Positions 52,993 to 64,000 of a stretch of DNA of 64,000 bases are shown here, piece by piece. The translations under genes and the position numbers were made by a program. The DNA comes from Azolla caroliniana (Eukaryota > Plantae > Polypodiophyta): positions 12,834,001 to 12,898,000 of the forward strand of contig JBHGNT010000012.1 of the NCBI GenBank assembly GCA_043228905.1, read 5' to 3'. The notes beneath the pieces are model-generated. The model did no database searches and was not told where the DNA came from. It was given only the letters and a program-made list of their open reading frames with translations. How positions within the stretch are numbered: position 1 is the first letter of the stretch; the number at the start of each line of letters is the position of its first letter.

Positions 52993-55900
52993 ATGGCTCA
53001 AATTAACGACCCGATGTCATCCGCTCAAGCGGAAGGAACTCAAGGGAATCCTCCTGGACAAATGTCCACTGAGATGTATTTGGCACAAATAACCCAATAC
53101 CTTAGTTTCACCGCTCAACAGATGACCGAACTTCGGCAATCTCAGAGTGCTCTTGAGGCACGTGTCATTAGTCTACAACGTGAGACTAATAGACCTGATG
53201 AGCGACAAGGTGAACCATCATTTGTCGTTAAGCCATTTACGGGAGACAAAAAGGAAAGAACCGAAGAAGCAATCTGCACATGGCTTGGACGATGGGAGTC
53301 TCATTTTGAGCTCTATCCCACGCCAGATAGTACGAAGATTGCATATGTCGGCCGAGAACTCGGGGGTAAGGCCGCCGCTTGGTGGCGTGGCCTCCGTACT
53401 ATGGGGAAATTGCCCGATACCTGGACAGATTTTGTCACGGTTTTTAAGGGCCAATTTCTGCAACCTCCCTCTCGAACCGAGGCAGCACAAGCTTTAATGA
53501 ACCTCTCTAGCAGGAAATTTTCCTCGCTAGAAGACTATGTTCACCATGCTAGAACCCAAATCCAAAAATCGGGTCTAGAAGGGGACAATTGGTTGATAGC
53601 TTGTTTTGTCAATGGCATCCCCAATTCGGACTATCACTGGATAGTGCACGATAAGGATCCAAAATCCTTCGAAGAGGCCGTTGAAATAGTTCTTCGCTAT
53701 CAACGCACTTCGAAGAAGGACCATAACAAACCCAACGAAGTGCCCGGGACTAAGCAGTCGCAATTTGTTGGGAAACGCAAGACACCCAACGAATTCCTGG
53801 ATCGCGATTGTAAGCGACAACATCCTTTTTGTGTATTCTGCAAAAAGAAGGGTCATACAAAAGATCAATGTCGAAAGCTCCAACGGAAAGAGCACGACAA
53901 CAAAGCTAAAGCTGTAGACCATAAAGGTCAGATTCCTAATGTCCTTCAGGTCTATACACACCATTTAAGTAATTGTCAATGTTCTTTTCCTCACTATGTA
54001 TTGGGTCCCAATGATTTACTACGTGCAAACGGGTATATCAATGGATCTCCCGTACAATTTTTATTTGATTCGGGAAGCTCACACAATTTTGTGAATGATC
54101 GTTTGGTTCAGATATGGGGAATCCAACCCACCGTAAGTGATCACACCTACACGGTGCACTTGGCTGATGGAAGAGTACAATACATCAACGGGGCGATTCA
54201 TTCATTAGGAATTTCTATTGATACTTATATAGAGGAAGTAGACTTCCATGTAATGAATCTTTGTACCACCGATGTAATACTGGGTTATCCCTGGTTTTAT
54301 AATAAAAACTCTTCTTTATTTATTGATTGGGTTCGACATTCCATTTCTTTTGTACTGAACGATTGTACGCATTTTATTCAATGTGTAAAAAAACAATCCC
54401 TCTCGATTGTTTCCTCGTGTCCATCAATATCCGAGTTGTCTTGTTCTACGTTATTTTATTGTGTACTTGATCCGGACATTCACGTTTACAATATCGATAA
54501 TGTCCCGATTCAGTTAACATATTTTGAACAACAACAACTTGATGAAATCTTAAATGATTTTCATGATGTTTTTCCAAGTGAACTACCTGATGGGTTACCT
54601 CCTAAACGTAATATAGACCATCGTATAGATATTGTACCTGGTGTTGCACCAATAAGTATACCTCCGTATCGCTTAAGTCGATCCGAAGAAGATGAGGTAT
54701 CTAAGCAACTCAAGGACTATTTACGAATGGGTTATATACGTTATAGTAAATCTCCATGGGGTGCACCAGTTCTCTTGGTTAAAAAGAAAGAGGGCACATG
54801 GCGTATGTGTATTAATTACCGACGCTTGAATAAAGTGACGATCAAGAATTCGTATCCATTGCCCCGGGCTGACGATCTAATTGACCGTCTCCAGGGAGCT
54901 CGGTATTTTACGAAACTTGATCTCCGTACTGGCTACCATCAAATACGAATAAGTGAGGACGATGTTCCTAAAACGGCATTTCGTACGCGCTATGGCCATT
55001 ACGAGTTTTTGGTTATGCCTTTTGGTTTGACCAATGCTCCGGCTACTTTCCAACAAGAAATGAATGACATTTTCCGAGAACAACTTGGAAAATTTGTCGT
55101 TATTTTCTTGGATGATATTTTAGTTTATAGCCGTACATTACAAGAACATGCTAGACATGTCCGCTTTGTTTTACAAACATTGCGTGACAAACAGTTTTAT
55201 GCGAAGATCTCAAAATGTGAGTTCTTCAAGAAATCAATTACTTATCTAGGACATCTCATAACCGAACGAGGAGTTGAAATTGATCCTTCTCGCATTGAGA
55301 AAATCAAGCTTTGGCCCACTCTTCGGAATATTCGAGAAGTTCGATCATTCCTTGGTTTTGTGGGGTTTTTGCGAAAGTCTCTTCGTAATTACTCCCAATT
55401 GACGACGCCGTTTACTGATCTTTTAAAAGGTCAAACGCGTAAGTCTACAAAACCTATTGTGTGGAATGCTACACTAGACCTTGCCTTTAAGGAACTCAAG
55501 GACTTGGTTTGCAAGGCTCCTTCACTTCTTTTACCCGATCCTTCAAAACCTTTTGAGGTTGAAACCGATGCCAGCGATTATGCTATAGGTGCTGTCTTGT
55601 ATCAAGATGGTAAACCAATAGCATTCGAGAGTAAGAAACTTGATTCTGCTCAATGTCGGTATACCGTTCAAGAAAAGGAATTATTTGCAGTTATACATGC
55701 GCTCAAAACATGGCGCCATTATCTTTATGGAAATCACTTTGTGGTAACTACGGACCACGAGTCCTTGAAATATTTTTGTGACCAACAAGACCTGAAAGGT
55801 CGTAAGGCACGATGGGCTGATCTCATCCAGGACTTTGATTTTTCCATACGATATCGTAAAGGTTCCATGAACACTGTCGCTGATGCACTAAGTCGCATCC

Positions 55901-57372
55901 GTGAAGTTAACACGCTTAGCTTCACTGAAATATCATCAGATCTTTATGATCACCTTCGAGGAAAGTATCCTGATGACAGTTATTTCGCAAAATACTGGGC
56001 AAGAGTTGAGTCTGGAACAGACACCACCACATCCTCGAAGGAATACTTCCACATTGCTAACGGTTTGCTCTACCGTAATGGGAAGGTTTGTGTTCCAGAT
56101 TTACCCGAGGTCAAAAAGAGGATTCTTTTTGAATGCCATGATGCACCCTCAGCAGGGCACCCTGGAATACATCGTACACTCGTTCTCATCTCCACTCAAT
56201 TTTATTGGCCTAAGATGCGTCCTGACATACATAGCTATGTGACTAAATGTCACCAGTGTCAGGTTAACAAAGCCGAGCGACTTAAAGCCGCAGGACTTTT
56301 ACATCCCTTGGACATTCCCAATAATAAGTGGGAAAGTATATCCATGGATTTTATTGTTACCCTTCCTCGCACCCAAAAAGGTCATGATGCCATCTGGGTT
56401 GTCGTTGATCGACTAACTAAAATGGCCAGATTTATTGCTACTAAAACCACGGTAACAGCTCCTGAATTGGCTTACCAATTCGTTGACGAATTGTTTCGTT
56501 TTTATGGGTTACCGATGGATATCGTGAGTGATCGAGATCCAAAGTTTACTAGTGACTTCTGGACACAAGTCTTTAAGAAGTTAGAAACTACGTTGAGCAT
56601 GAGCTCCACGGATCATCCTCAATCCGATGGACAGACAGAACGAGTAAATCAAATTATTGAGGACATGCTTCGAGCATACGTTGGTGCAAAACCAACAAAA
56701 TGGGAACGTTATCTCCCAATTTTGGAGTTTGCTTATAACAGCTCCAAGCATACGTCGACGGGATATAGTCCTTTTATGTTGATGTATGGTTTTCAGCCAC
56801 GAGCCCCGATTGATGTTACTATACATCATGATGAGTTGCGAAGTACGCAAAACTTTCTTCGGGATATGCAAGATATGTTGCATATTGCACGAGATAATAT
56901 AAAAACAGCTCAAGATAGAGCGCGTTTTTATGCCGATCATCATAGGCAACCTCGTGTATTCAACCCTGGACAGAAGGTATTTTTACGTGTACCTCACAAT
57001 TCTAAGACATTGTCTACGGGTAAGTGCGCTAAGTTAGCCCCACGGTTTTGTGGACCTTTTACAGTCCTCAAACGCATTGGGTCATCAGCCTATCGTCTCG
57101 CTCTTCCCGATGGTGTCGGAATTCATCCAGTCTTTCATGTGAGTCGTCTAAAAGAACTTCTAGGTTCTGGCGACAATACAGTTACGACTGAAACTCTGGT
57201 TACTTCTGAAGAATTATCTTCTAAACCACATGTACCAGAAAGAATTCTCGATGTTAAAACAAAAAAATTACGTACTAAAGAAATCCGAGAATTCAAAATA
57301 AAATGGATGGATAAATCAATAAAAGATGCCACATGGGAACGCGAAAATACTCTTAGAACTAAACTTCCCTAA
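52993..57372 (+). CDS. Gypsy gag-pol polyprotein with C-terminal chromodomain
   Basis: 1459-aa ORF: [70 protein letters not shown]...IKW...ATWE. Confidence 0.96.
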   Translation: MAQINDPMSSAQAEGTQGNPPGQMSTEMYLAQITQYLSFTAQQMTELRQSQSALEARVISLQRETNRPDERQGEPSFVVKPFTGDKKERTEEAICTWLGRWESHFELYPTPDSTKIAYVGRELGGKAAAWWRGLRTMGKLPDTWTDFVTVFKGQFLQPPSRTEAAQALMNLSSRKFSSLEDYVHHARTQIQKSGLEGDNWLIACFVNGIPNSDYHWIVHDKDPKSFEEAVEIVLRYQRTSKKDHNKPNEVPGTKQSQFVGKRKTPNEFLDRDCKRQHPFCVFCKKKGHTKDQCRKLQRKEHDNKAKAVDHKGQIPNVLQVYTHHLSNCQCSFPHYVLGPNDLLRANGYINGSPVQFLFDSGSSHNFVNDRLVQIWGIQPTVSDHTYTVHLADGRVQYINGAIHSLGISIDTYIEEVDFHVMNLCTTDVILGYPWFYNKNSSLFIDWVRHSISFVLNDCTHFIQCVKKQSLSIVSSCPSISELSCSTLFYCVLDPDIHVYNIDNVPIQLTYFEQQQLDEILNDFHDVFPSELPDGLPPKRNIDHRIDIVPGVAPISIPPYRLSRSEEDEVSKQLKDYLRMGYIRYSKSPWGAPVLLVKKKEGTWRMCINYRRLNKVTIKNSYPLPRADDLIDRLQGARYFTKLDLRTGYHQIRISEDDVPKTAFRTRYGHYEFLVMPFGLTNAPATFQQEMNDIFREQLGKFVVIFLDDILVYSRTLQEHARHVRFVLQTLRDKQFYAKISKCEFFKKSITYLGHLITERGVEIDPSRIEKIKLWPTLRNIREVRSFLGFVGFLRKSLRNYSQLTTPFTDLLKGQTRKSTKPIVWNATLDLAFKELKDLVCKAPSLLLPDPSKPFEVETDASDYAIGAVLYQDGKPIAFESKKLDSAQCRYTVQEKELFAVIHALKTWRHYLYGNHFVVTTDHESLKYFCDQQDLKGRKARWADLIQDFDFSIRYRKGSMNTVADALSRIREVNTLSFTEISSDLYDHLRGKYPDDSYFAKYWARVESGTDTTTSSKEYFHIANGLLYRNGKVCVPDLPEVKKRILFECHDAPSAGHPGIHRTLVLISTQFYWPKMRPDIHSYVTKCHQCQVNKAERLKAAGLLHPLDIPNNKWESISMDFIVTLPRTQKGHDAIWVVVDRLTKMARFIATKTTVTAPELAYQFVDELFRFYGLPMDIVSDRDPKFTSDFWTQVFKKLETTLSMSSTDHPQSDGQTERVNQIIEDMLRAYVGAKPTKWERYLPILEFAYNSSKHTSTGYSPFMLMYGFQPRAPIDVTIHHDELRSTQNFLRDMQDMLHIARDNIKTAQDRARFYADHHRQPRVFNPGQKVFLRVPHNSKTLSTGKCAKLAPRFCGPFTVLKRIGSSAYRLALPDGVGIHPVFHVSRLKELLGSGDNTVTTETLVTSEELSSKPHVPERILDVKTKKLRTKEIREFKIKWMDKSIKDATWERENTLRTKLP

Positions 57373-58856
57373 CTTTCCATTGCAAGAGTGCAATGTTTTA
57401 AAGAGGGGGAGTATGTTACGGGCATGACCATATAATATCCCGTGGTAAGAATTTACCGTAGTATTCTATACACGTGGATAAGTGTGAGGGTTAAATGAGA
57501 GTGTAAAGAAGGGGAGGATTACTTTTAATCCTCGGGATTGAGACAACCCATTAGGTCAAGTGTGAACTTGCCTGGGGGCCTTGGGTTTCGCTATAAATAA
57601 GAGGCCTAGCTACCCTCATTTGAGGATCTTGGGACTACATCGAGACTCTGCTCGTGTGGTGGGTCAACTCTTGTAGCGAGCGCGCCAGCACCAGGTACGA
57701 CTCGACGCCACGGCGGTGGTATGGGACGCCGATCGAGGCTCGAGTCCGTCTCGATCCCTTCGCTCGGGGGTGGTCGGGTGGATCGGCACCCTTCTTTCTC
57801 TTTCTCCTTTCTATCTATCTTTTCATTATCCTTATCTTAAGCTTACATTAGTACTATGATCTATAATAGTGGCGTTGATTTTGTCCGGTCTCTTGTCCCC
57901 GAACTGAACCGGCAACCAAAGATCTTTAACCACGAGCATGTCCCTCATCTTCGACTTCCACACCGAATAGATGGAGCCGGTGAGCTTGAACATGCCTCCC
58001 AACGAATCGTCCATTTTCTGTGTCGTTTTGCTCTGATACTACTTTGACAGGAACTACACGCTCCCGATGAACAACGCTCGGCCACAACCGAGCCTAGAAT
58101 AAAACACAAAAAACAAGGAATGAATGCACGACATAGTGAAGAGAAGAGTACACAGGATGTTTACGTGGAAAACCCAATCTCGGGAAAAACCACGGCAGCC
58201 CACAGACCGCAAACTATCACTATATCAGAGTGTACAAATAAGAAAGCACTGAGGCCACGACCTTGAGCTTACTATCTTCGCCATAGGCGGCGGTTACAAT
58301 CAGAGGCAACAACCTCTTCCTCTCTCTCACTCTCTCTGTACACAGTTGCGTGCTCTAATCTTGCGCCAACAAGAATGACAAGTACACTTACAGACATAAA
58401 CAACAGTTTTCCCTTAGTCATATTTATACTAACATGACTTTTCAGCTATTTACAAATATAGCCCCGATGGACTCTCAGAAACATATTTACGAATATGTCC
58501 CTTCATCCGGTGAGCACTCTTCACCGGGCTTGCATCATCCGGCGCTTGACGGGTACTCGTCATCCGGTTCTCACCGGGTCATCCGTAGCCGGGTACTCTT
58601 CATCCGGTTCTTACTGGGTCTGCACCATCCGGAGGGACCTGTTTCCTAACAGTTACGTCATCCGGTGAGTGTGCAACTTGACCGATCGGTGTACGCGTTC
58701 GCGATTTAGTCAGCCGGTAAGCGATATCGGTTGTAATCAGGCCTAACCAGCTTTATGCCTGCGTACTTCTCCCTCCCTCTTCTTTCTCTTGCTCCTCGAT
58801 TCAGGGCTCCCGTGGTCCAGTCTTATTTTCCTACGCGTGAGCGGAAAAACACGACA

Positions 58857-59576
58857 ATGTAAAATTCATCAACGACTTCTCCAGACATACATAGATTTAT
58901 CCCATGTGCCATAAGAGTGAAGTGTTCTCACACTTCTAGAAATTCAAGAACAAAGTCAAGAAGGAAACCAATCGTCATCTATGATGCCTTTGATCAGACG
59001 GCGACAAAGAGTACTTCGACACCTTTACCGCATACCTTCAACAAGAAGGAATCCAGCGAGAGTTTACTTGCCAACACACACCTTAGCAGAACAGAGTAGC
59101 TAAAAGCAAGAATCGGCACATACTCAAGGTGGCAAGGGTAATGATGAACGAGAAACATCTATCAAAATCATATTGGGTTGAAGTGGCAAATACAGCCTTT
59201 ATCTAATGAATCATTGCACAACATCAGGAGTGCACAATGTTACCCCCTGCGAAAAGTTCTATGGGAAGAATCTGGATCTATCCCACGTCAAGATAATCGG
59301 TTCAATAGCATATGTACATATTCCCGACCAGAAGTGGCAGAAGCTCAATCCCAAGTTAGAGAAATGTATACTTGTAGGGTGCTCACTCGAGCAAAAAGGG
59401 TATAAGTGTTTCAACCCTTCCACCAAGAAGGTACGAGTGAATAGGGATGCCGTATTCGACGAGTCGGTATCCTGGAACATAGTTGAATCAGCCCCATCTG
59501 ACACAATCGAAACTGAGTTCGACACAGATGCGCAGGAGGAGGATCAATCAAAGCCCACATTAGAGCAAAGTCCAAT
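58857..59576 (+). mobile_element. Probable continuation of copia F (integrase core and SH3-like region)
   Basis: Resumes with FINDFSRHT right after the gypsy G LTR; IGSIAYVHIP, KCILVG, KGYKC. No clean TSD, so the link is inferred. Confidence 0.7.
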
Positions 59577-62500
59577 CTCAACCGGATCCGGATCGGCTGA
59601 ATAAGCTTGAACCGGATCAACATCCGGAAGGATGAGCCGAATCGGTGACCCGATGAGCAAGTGAGCCGGTGAGCTGGGGAGCCGTTTAGCTGGATCCATC
59701 AGTAACCGGAAGCCTAGTAGTAGCCAAACTACTAGGGAGTTAATAGCCTCGTAGTCAGTGTTAGACGCTTGAGTGAGCATTGAAGTACGTGCTAGTTCTG
59801 CTAGTCCTCTTAGGACTTGTATAAATAGTGTTTTCAAGCACGTTTCATGTACAGAGAACTATTATTGTTTCGTAATAGAATTAAGTTGTTCTGCTCTTTC
59901 TCTGTCTCTCCCGCATATTGTAAAGCTTTCTATTAAACCTACGTGTTTTCTGTGTTCGTTTTCTATAACTTCCGCACATAATCTTTTTTATGGTATTAGA
60001 GCGCGAGGGTTGAAGACCTCTACAGTTGACACTTGCTTTCGCAAGAAAAACCCTACAGGTTGTGAGAATAGAATAGAAGACGAAAATAAAAATAAATAAA
60101 TAAAAATGGACTAAGGGATGGCGAGTTCACTTCCTACAGAGAAGCTCGACCGGAGCAACTACGCGTCCTGGTCATACAAAATGCACCAGTACCTACTGGG
60201 GCATGGTTATTGGAGTTTCGTGGAAGGAACGAATGAGGTAGCACCAGAGCCTAGACACAAGGACTTCCCGGTATGGGAGCAAGGAGCGAGCTGAGTATTA
60301 TTCTGCCTCGCGTCTTGTGTGCACGACCAGATGCTCGACTACATCAGGGATGCAAAGACGCCAAAGGAGGCCTGGGAAAATCTGTGTAAGATTTGCGCCG
60401 CAAGTACCACAGCCCATAAGTTGCAACTCCGATAAGAGTTGAACAACATCCGACAAAGAGAAATGTCGGTTACGAACTACACCACCAAAATCAAGGAGAT
60501 TTGCGACACGTTCAGGTCCATCAACATGACGGTGGACGAAGACGAAATGGTACAAATCTGCCTTGGTGGTCTAGCGCAAAGGTACGGGCCAATCCGGACA
60601 GCGATCTGCACCCAAGAGAAACCACCGACCTTCTTCGACTTGCAATCGATGCTGATGGTCGAAGAAAACGATGCGAGTGGGTCCAGGACCACTCAATCGG
60701 ACAACCAGATGTTGTACACGGAGGCGGATAAGCCTCGTGGGCTTGGGGGACGAGGTGGGTCGGCACACACTGGAGGCGGCCGACAAGAGCAAGAAAGAAG
60801 GCACAGAGAACGTGTCGACGACAGTTCCGGGACTTCCAGAAGCAGGGGGAGTCAAGGCGGCACCGGAGGCTGGCAAGATAAATCTGCCACGGAATGCTGG
60901 TACTGTGGTTAAAAGGGCCACCGAGAAAGCGAGTGCTGGAAGAAGCGCGCCGATTCAGACAGATCTGGATCCGGCAAAACTGGTTGGGAGAACCGGTAAA
61001 GCTCAGGAACCAGGAAGATCGGTAAGGGGCCAACCTTGGTGATGAAGCACGAGGCAAATTCGATGAAGAAGACCACTTCCAAATCAGAGGAAGTATGGTA
61101 TGTTGATTCCGGTGCGTCGAATCACATGACAAGCCACAAAGAGTGGTTCTCCTTCCTGGAGAAACCCAAACAATTGGGAGTTGTCGAAACCGGAGACGAC
61201 ACTCCTCACCCAATCGTGCATATTGGAGACATCCCTTTGAGCCACATTGGATAGAGGGGGAAGCTGATGAACGTATTACATGTTTCGACTATCACGAAGA
61301 ACCTGGTGTCAGTTGGACAGATTGTCAACGAGGGGATCTAGGTGCGGTTTACGCACCTCGGGTGCTTCATCGAGGAAGAGGGCCAAATCATTGCACAAGG
61401 GCGCAGACACGGGAGGATATTCATCCTCAACACCAATGACGTCACCACCGCTTTGTTTGCCAAAGGACAGAAGGTCGAATCAGACATCGACCTATGGCAC
61501 AAGCGGATCGGCCACATCAATTACCGGAGGCTTCAAGACTTGCAAACCAAACGAGTTGTTTTCGGTTTGCCGAAGTTCAGTGGCCGGAAGGCCCAAATAT
61601 GTGAAGCCTGCCAACTCGGGAAGCAACATTGGCTTCCATTCCCCACAGAAAGAAATAGTAGCCATAACAAGCTCGAATTGATACATTTCGATGTATGGGG
61701 GCCGACACAGAACGTTAGTCTTGGTGGGAGTCGATGTTTTGTCTCCTTCATCGACAACAACAGCCGACACACATGGATCTACCTCATTGAGCGGAAGAGC
61801 GAAGTCTTCGACTGTTTCCGGAACCTCGAAAGCATGGTGGAGCGGGAATCGGAGAGGAAGATCAAGTGCCTGCGGTCAGATGGCGGAAAAGAATATTTTT
61901 CCGGCCAATTCAACAATTATCTGCAGCAAACAGGAACTCGGCGAGAGTTCAGCTGCAGATACACACTGGAACAGAACGGTGTAGCCGAGAGGAAGAACCG
62001 GTCGCTTATCGACGCGGCCAGGGAGATGCTGGAGGAGAAGAGCATGCCCCATTTCTACTTGGCAGATGTGGTCCGAACAACCGTCTATATCCAAAACCGG
62101 ATCGGTGACAAGGTGTCCGCACATGAGTTGTATTTTGGGCACAAGCCGAATTTGTGACACCTTCGGGTATTCGGCAGCATAGCATATGTGCATGGGCCGG
62201 ATGAGATGCGGAGGAAGTTGGATGCAAAGTTGGAGAAATGCATCCTAGTCGGTTACTCGCATGAGCAAAAGGGGTATAAGTTTTATAACCCCCGGACGAA
62301 GCAGGTCCGAGTTAGCCGCGATGTCGAGTTCGATGAAATGACATCATGGTACTCCTTACCAACTCCGACTTCCGACCTCGACCCGATACCGGAGGATGAG
62401 GCTAGTGAGCTTGAACCGGTCCAGTTAGAAGATGAGGACATTGGCACTCTAGAAGAGAGTCCGATCTCATTTCGGTTAAGTGGACCGAATGAGCGGCTGA

Positions 62501-64000
62501 GTCGAGATGACCAATTGGATGAGGAACTGGTGAGTAGTGAAGATTCTGCGGTGCTCTCCCCGCGCAAGGAATCGAGGAGACGGTTCATGCGTAAAGAAAA
62601 GGGGAAGAAGAAGATACCGGATTATGAAACCGGTAATGATGTGTCGGATCGGAGCGGATCTGACTCAGGTATGAGCGAAGGCAGATCTTCGGCAACAAAG
62701 ATTGAACCAGCCAAGAAGGGCCTCAAACCGGGTAATAGTGGGTTACGCCGGTCAACCCGCCAGAAGGAACCTGTTAAGCGGTACGGGTATAATGAGTACA
62801 TGGCGCATCATTATGCTTACATGACCAAGGTGGCGGAAGTGCATGAGCCGGAGAGCTACGTAGAAGCGGCAAGGGATGCAAATTGTTGTGCCGCTATGGA
62901 GGAAGAGATGCGGGCACTTGATGCCAATGATACTAGGGACCTGGTTGACCCTCCCTGTCACAGTAAACCGATCGGATGCAAGTGGGTGTACAAGGTAAAG
63001 TACAACACCGATGCTTTTGTTAACCGGTACAAGGCCTGGTTAGTGGCAAAGGGATACGTGTAGACCCACGGAATCGAAATGACGAGACCTTCGCTCCGGT
63101 AGCGAAGATGATGACGGTTCATGTGGTGCTAGTGGTTGCTGTAGCAAGGGGGTGGCATCTTCACCAAATGGATGTGAAGAATGCTTTTCTTCATGACGAT
63201 CTTGAAGAAGAGGTCTTTATGTCCCAACCCCCTGGTTTCCAGTCGGGGATGAACAAGTCAGCGGTATGCCGACTGAAGAAGTCACTTTATGGCCAGAAGC
63301 AAGCCCCCTAAGCTTGGAATGCGAAGATCACGCACCGGTTGCGTAAGATGGGGTTTGCGGCCTCCAAGTGTGATTCTTCGTCGTTCATCCGGCAAGGTCC
63401 GGACGATCCGGTATGCATCTTGTTGTATGTTGATGATCTAGTCATCATCGGACCCGGACTCGATGAAATTAGCCGAGTTAAGTCCCAGTTGTCGGAAGCA
63501 TTTGAGATGAAAGACCTGGGTACCTTCACTATTTCCATGGGATCGAGGTGATCCGAATCCCCGACGGCATATTGCTCTCACAAAGACATTATGTGTTGAA
63601 TACGTTGTACAAGTTTGGCATGATGGAATGCGGACCGATCTCGACACCCCTGGACTGGAACCAGAAGCTCCGTCCCGACTTTGGACTGGCCTGCGATGAG
63701 AAACGGTTCCGAGAATTGTCGGAAGCCTTATATTTGACCATCACCTGACCCGAGATCAACTATCTGGTCGGTGTGATTAGCCAATTCATGCAGAAGCCGA
63801 CCGTAGAGCATCTTCAGTGCGTGCACCGAATACTGTGGTATGTGAGTGGCACGAAGGACCGGGAATTGTTATACCGGCAACGTATAACCGAAGAGCTAGT
63901 CGGTTACACAGATGCCGACTGGGCCGGTGATGCATCAGATTGCCAATCAATTTCCGGTTACATGCTTTCCCTAGGTCACACGGCCGTTGCGTGGAGCAGC
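59577..64000 (+). mobile_element. Degraded copia J (family of copia D), running off the window
   Basis: 5' LTR to 59990 matches the copia D LTR but lacks the first ~14 bp; PBS TGGTATTAGAGC; gag, PR, INT and RT with many stops. Confidence 0.92.

Larger units (their letters stand above)
50850..57868 (+). mobile_element. Full-length, very young chromoviral Ty3/gypsy element I
   Basis: 455-bp LTRs 50850-51304 and 57414-57868 with no differences seen; perfect TSD GTGGC; PBS TGGTATCAGA 51307-51316; PPT AAAGAGGGGGAG; TATAAAT in the LTR. Confidence 0.98.
48541..58651 (-). mobile_element. 3'-truncated copia H (relative of copia A), interrupted by chromovirus I and carrying an internal inversion
   Basis: 5' LTR 58045-58651; degenerate PBS 58030-58041; gag start 58014 continuing across TSD GTGGC at 50849; protease and integrase close to copia A; RT, RNase H and 3' LTR absent. 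Confidence 0.9.
41786..58856 (+). mobile_element. Degraded non-chromoviral gypsy G with tRNA-Trp PBS; 3' LTR split by copia H
   Basis: 5' LTR 41786-42531; PBS TGGTGAACCCGACGTGAA 42538-42555; gag, RT (DLYSGYHQ, FLDD), RNase H, integrase (GHRG, WFGPY); 3' LTR pieces 48267-~48532 and 58652-58856. Confidence 0.9.

Overview
Eukaryotic land-plant genomic DNA, probably a non-seed plant such as a fern, lycophyte or bryophyte (inferred only from the Tcn1-like chromovirus and RTE/RTEX-like LINEs). One host gene is present: an 8-exon DUR3 urea transporter on the minus strand (12010-15574). Almost everything else is nested transposable elements. Two LTR retrotransposons are structurally intact: a Tork/Tnt1-like copia (3046-8525, TSD CATGT) and a chromoviral gypsy (50850-57868, TSD GTGGC, two 455-bp LTRs that look identical and end TG...TA). 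Two four-level nests can be reconstructed: LINE<copia B<non-coding LTR element C<LINE (19.5-30.7 kb) and copia F<gypsy G<copia H<chromovirus I (39.8-59.6 kb). The most unusual signals are: (1) a ~1.6-kb hairpin-dense leader or intron in the young chromovirus, with five tandem GAGG-loop-CCUC stem-loops; (2) LINEs that all sit in (TC)n tracts, where one 3'UTR is antisense to the ORF2 start of another copy; (3) a non-coding LTR element with an Arg tRNA primer site on the minus strand, a weaker PBS-like motif on the plus strand and no adjacent PPT; (4) a 162-bp foldback built from two LTR 5' ends upstream of DUR3; (5) a capsid-domain swap between otherwise near-identical copia elements; and (6) strong CCGG enrichment in several elements. 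All coordinates and counts were read by eye; no searches were run.
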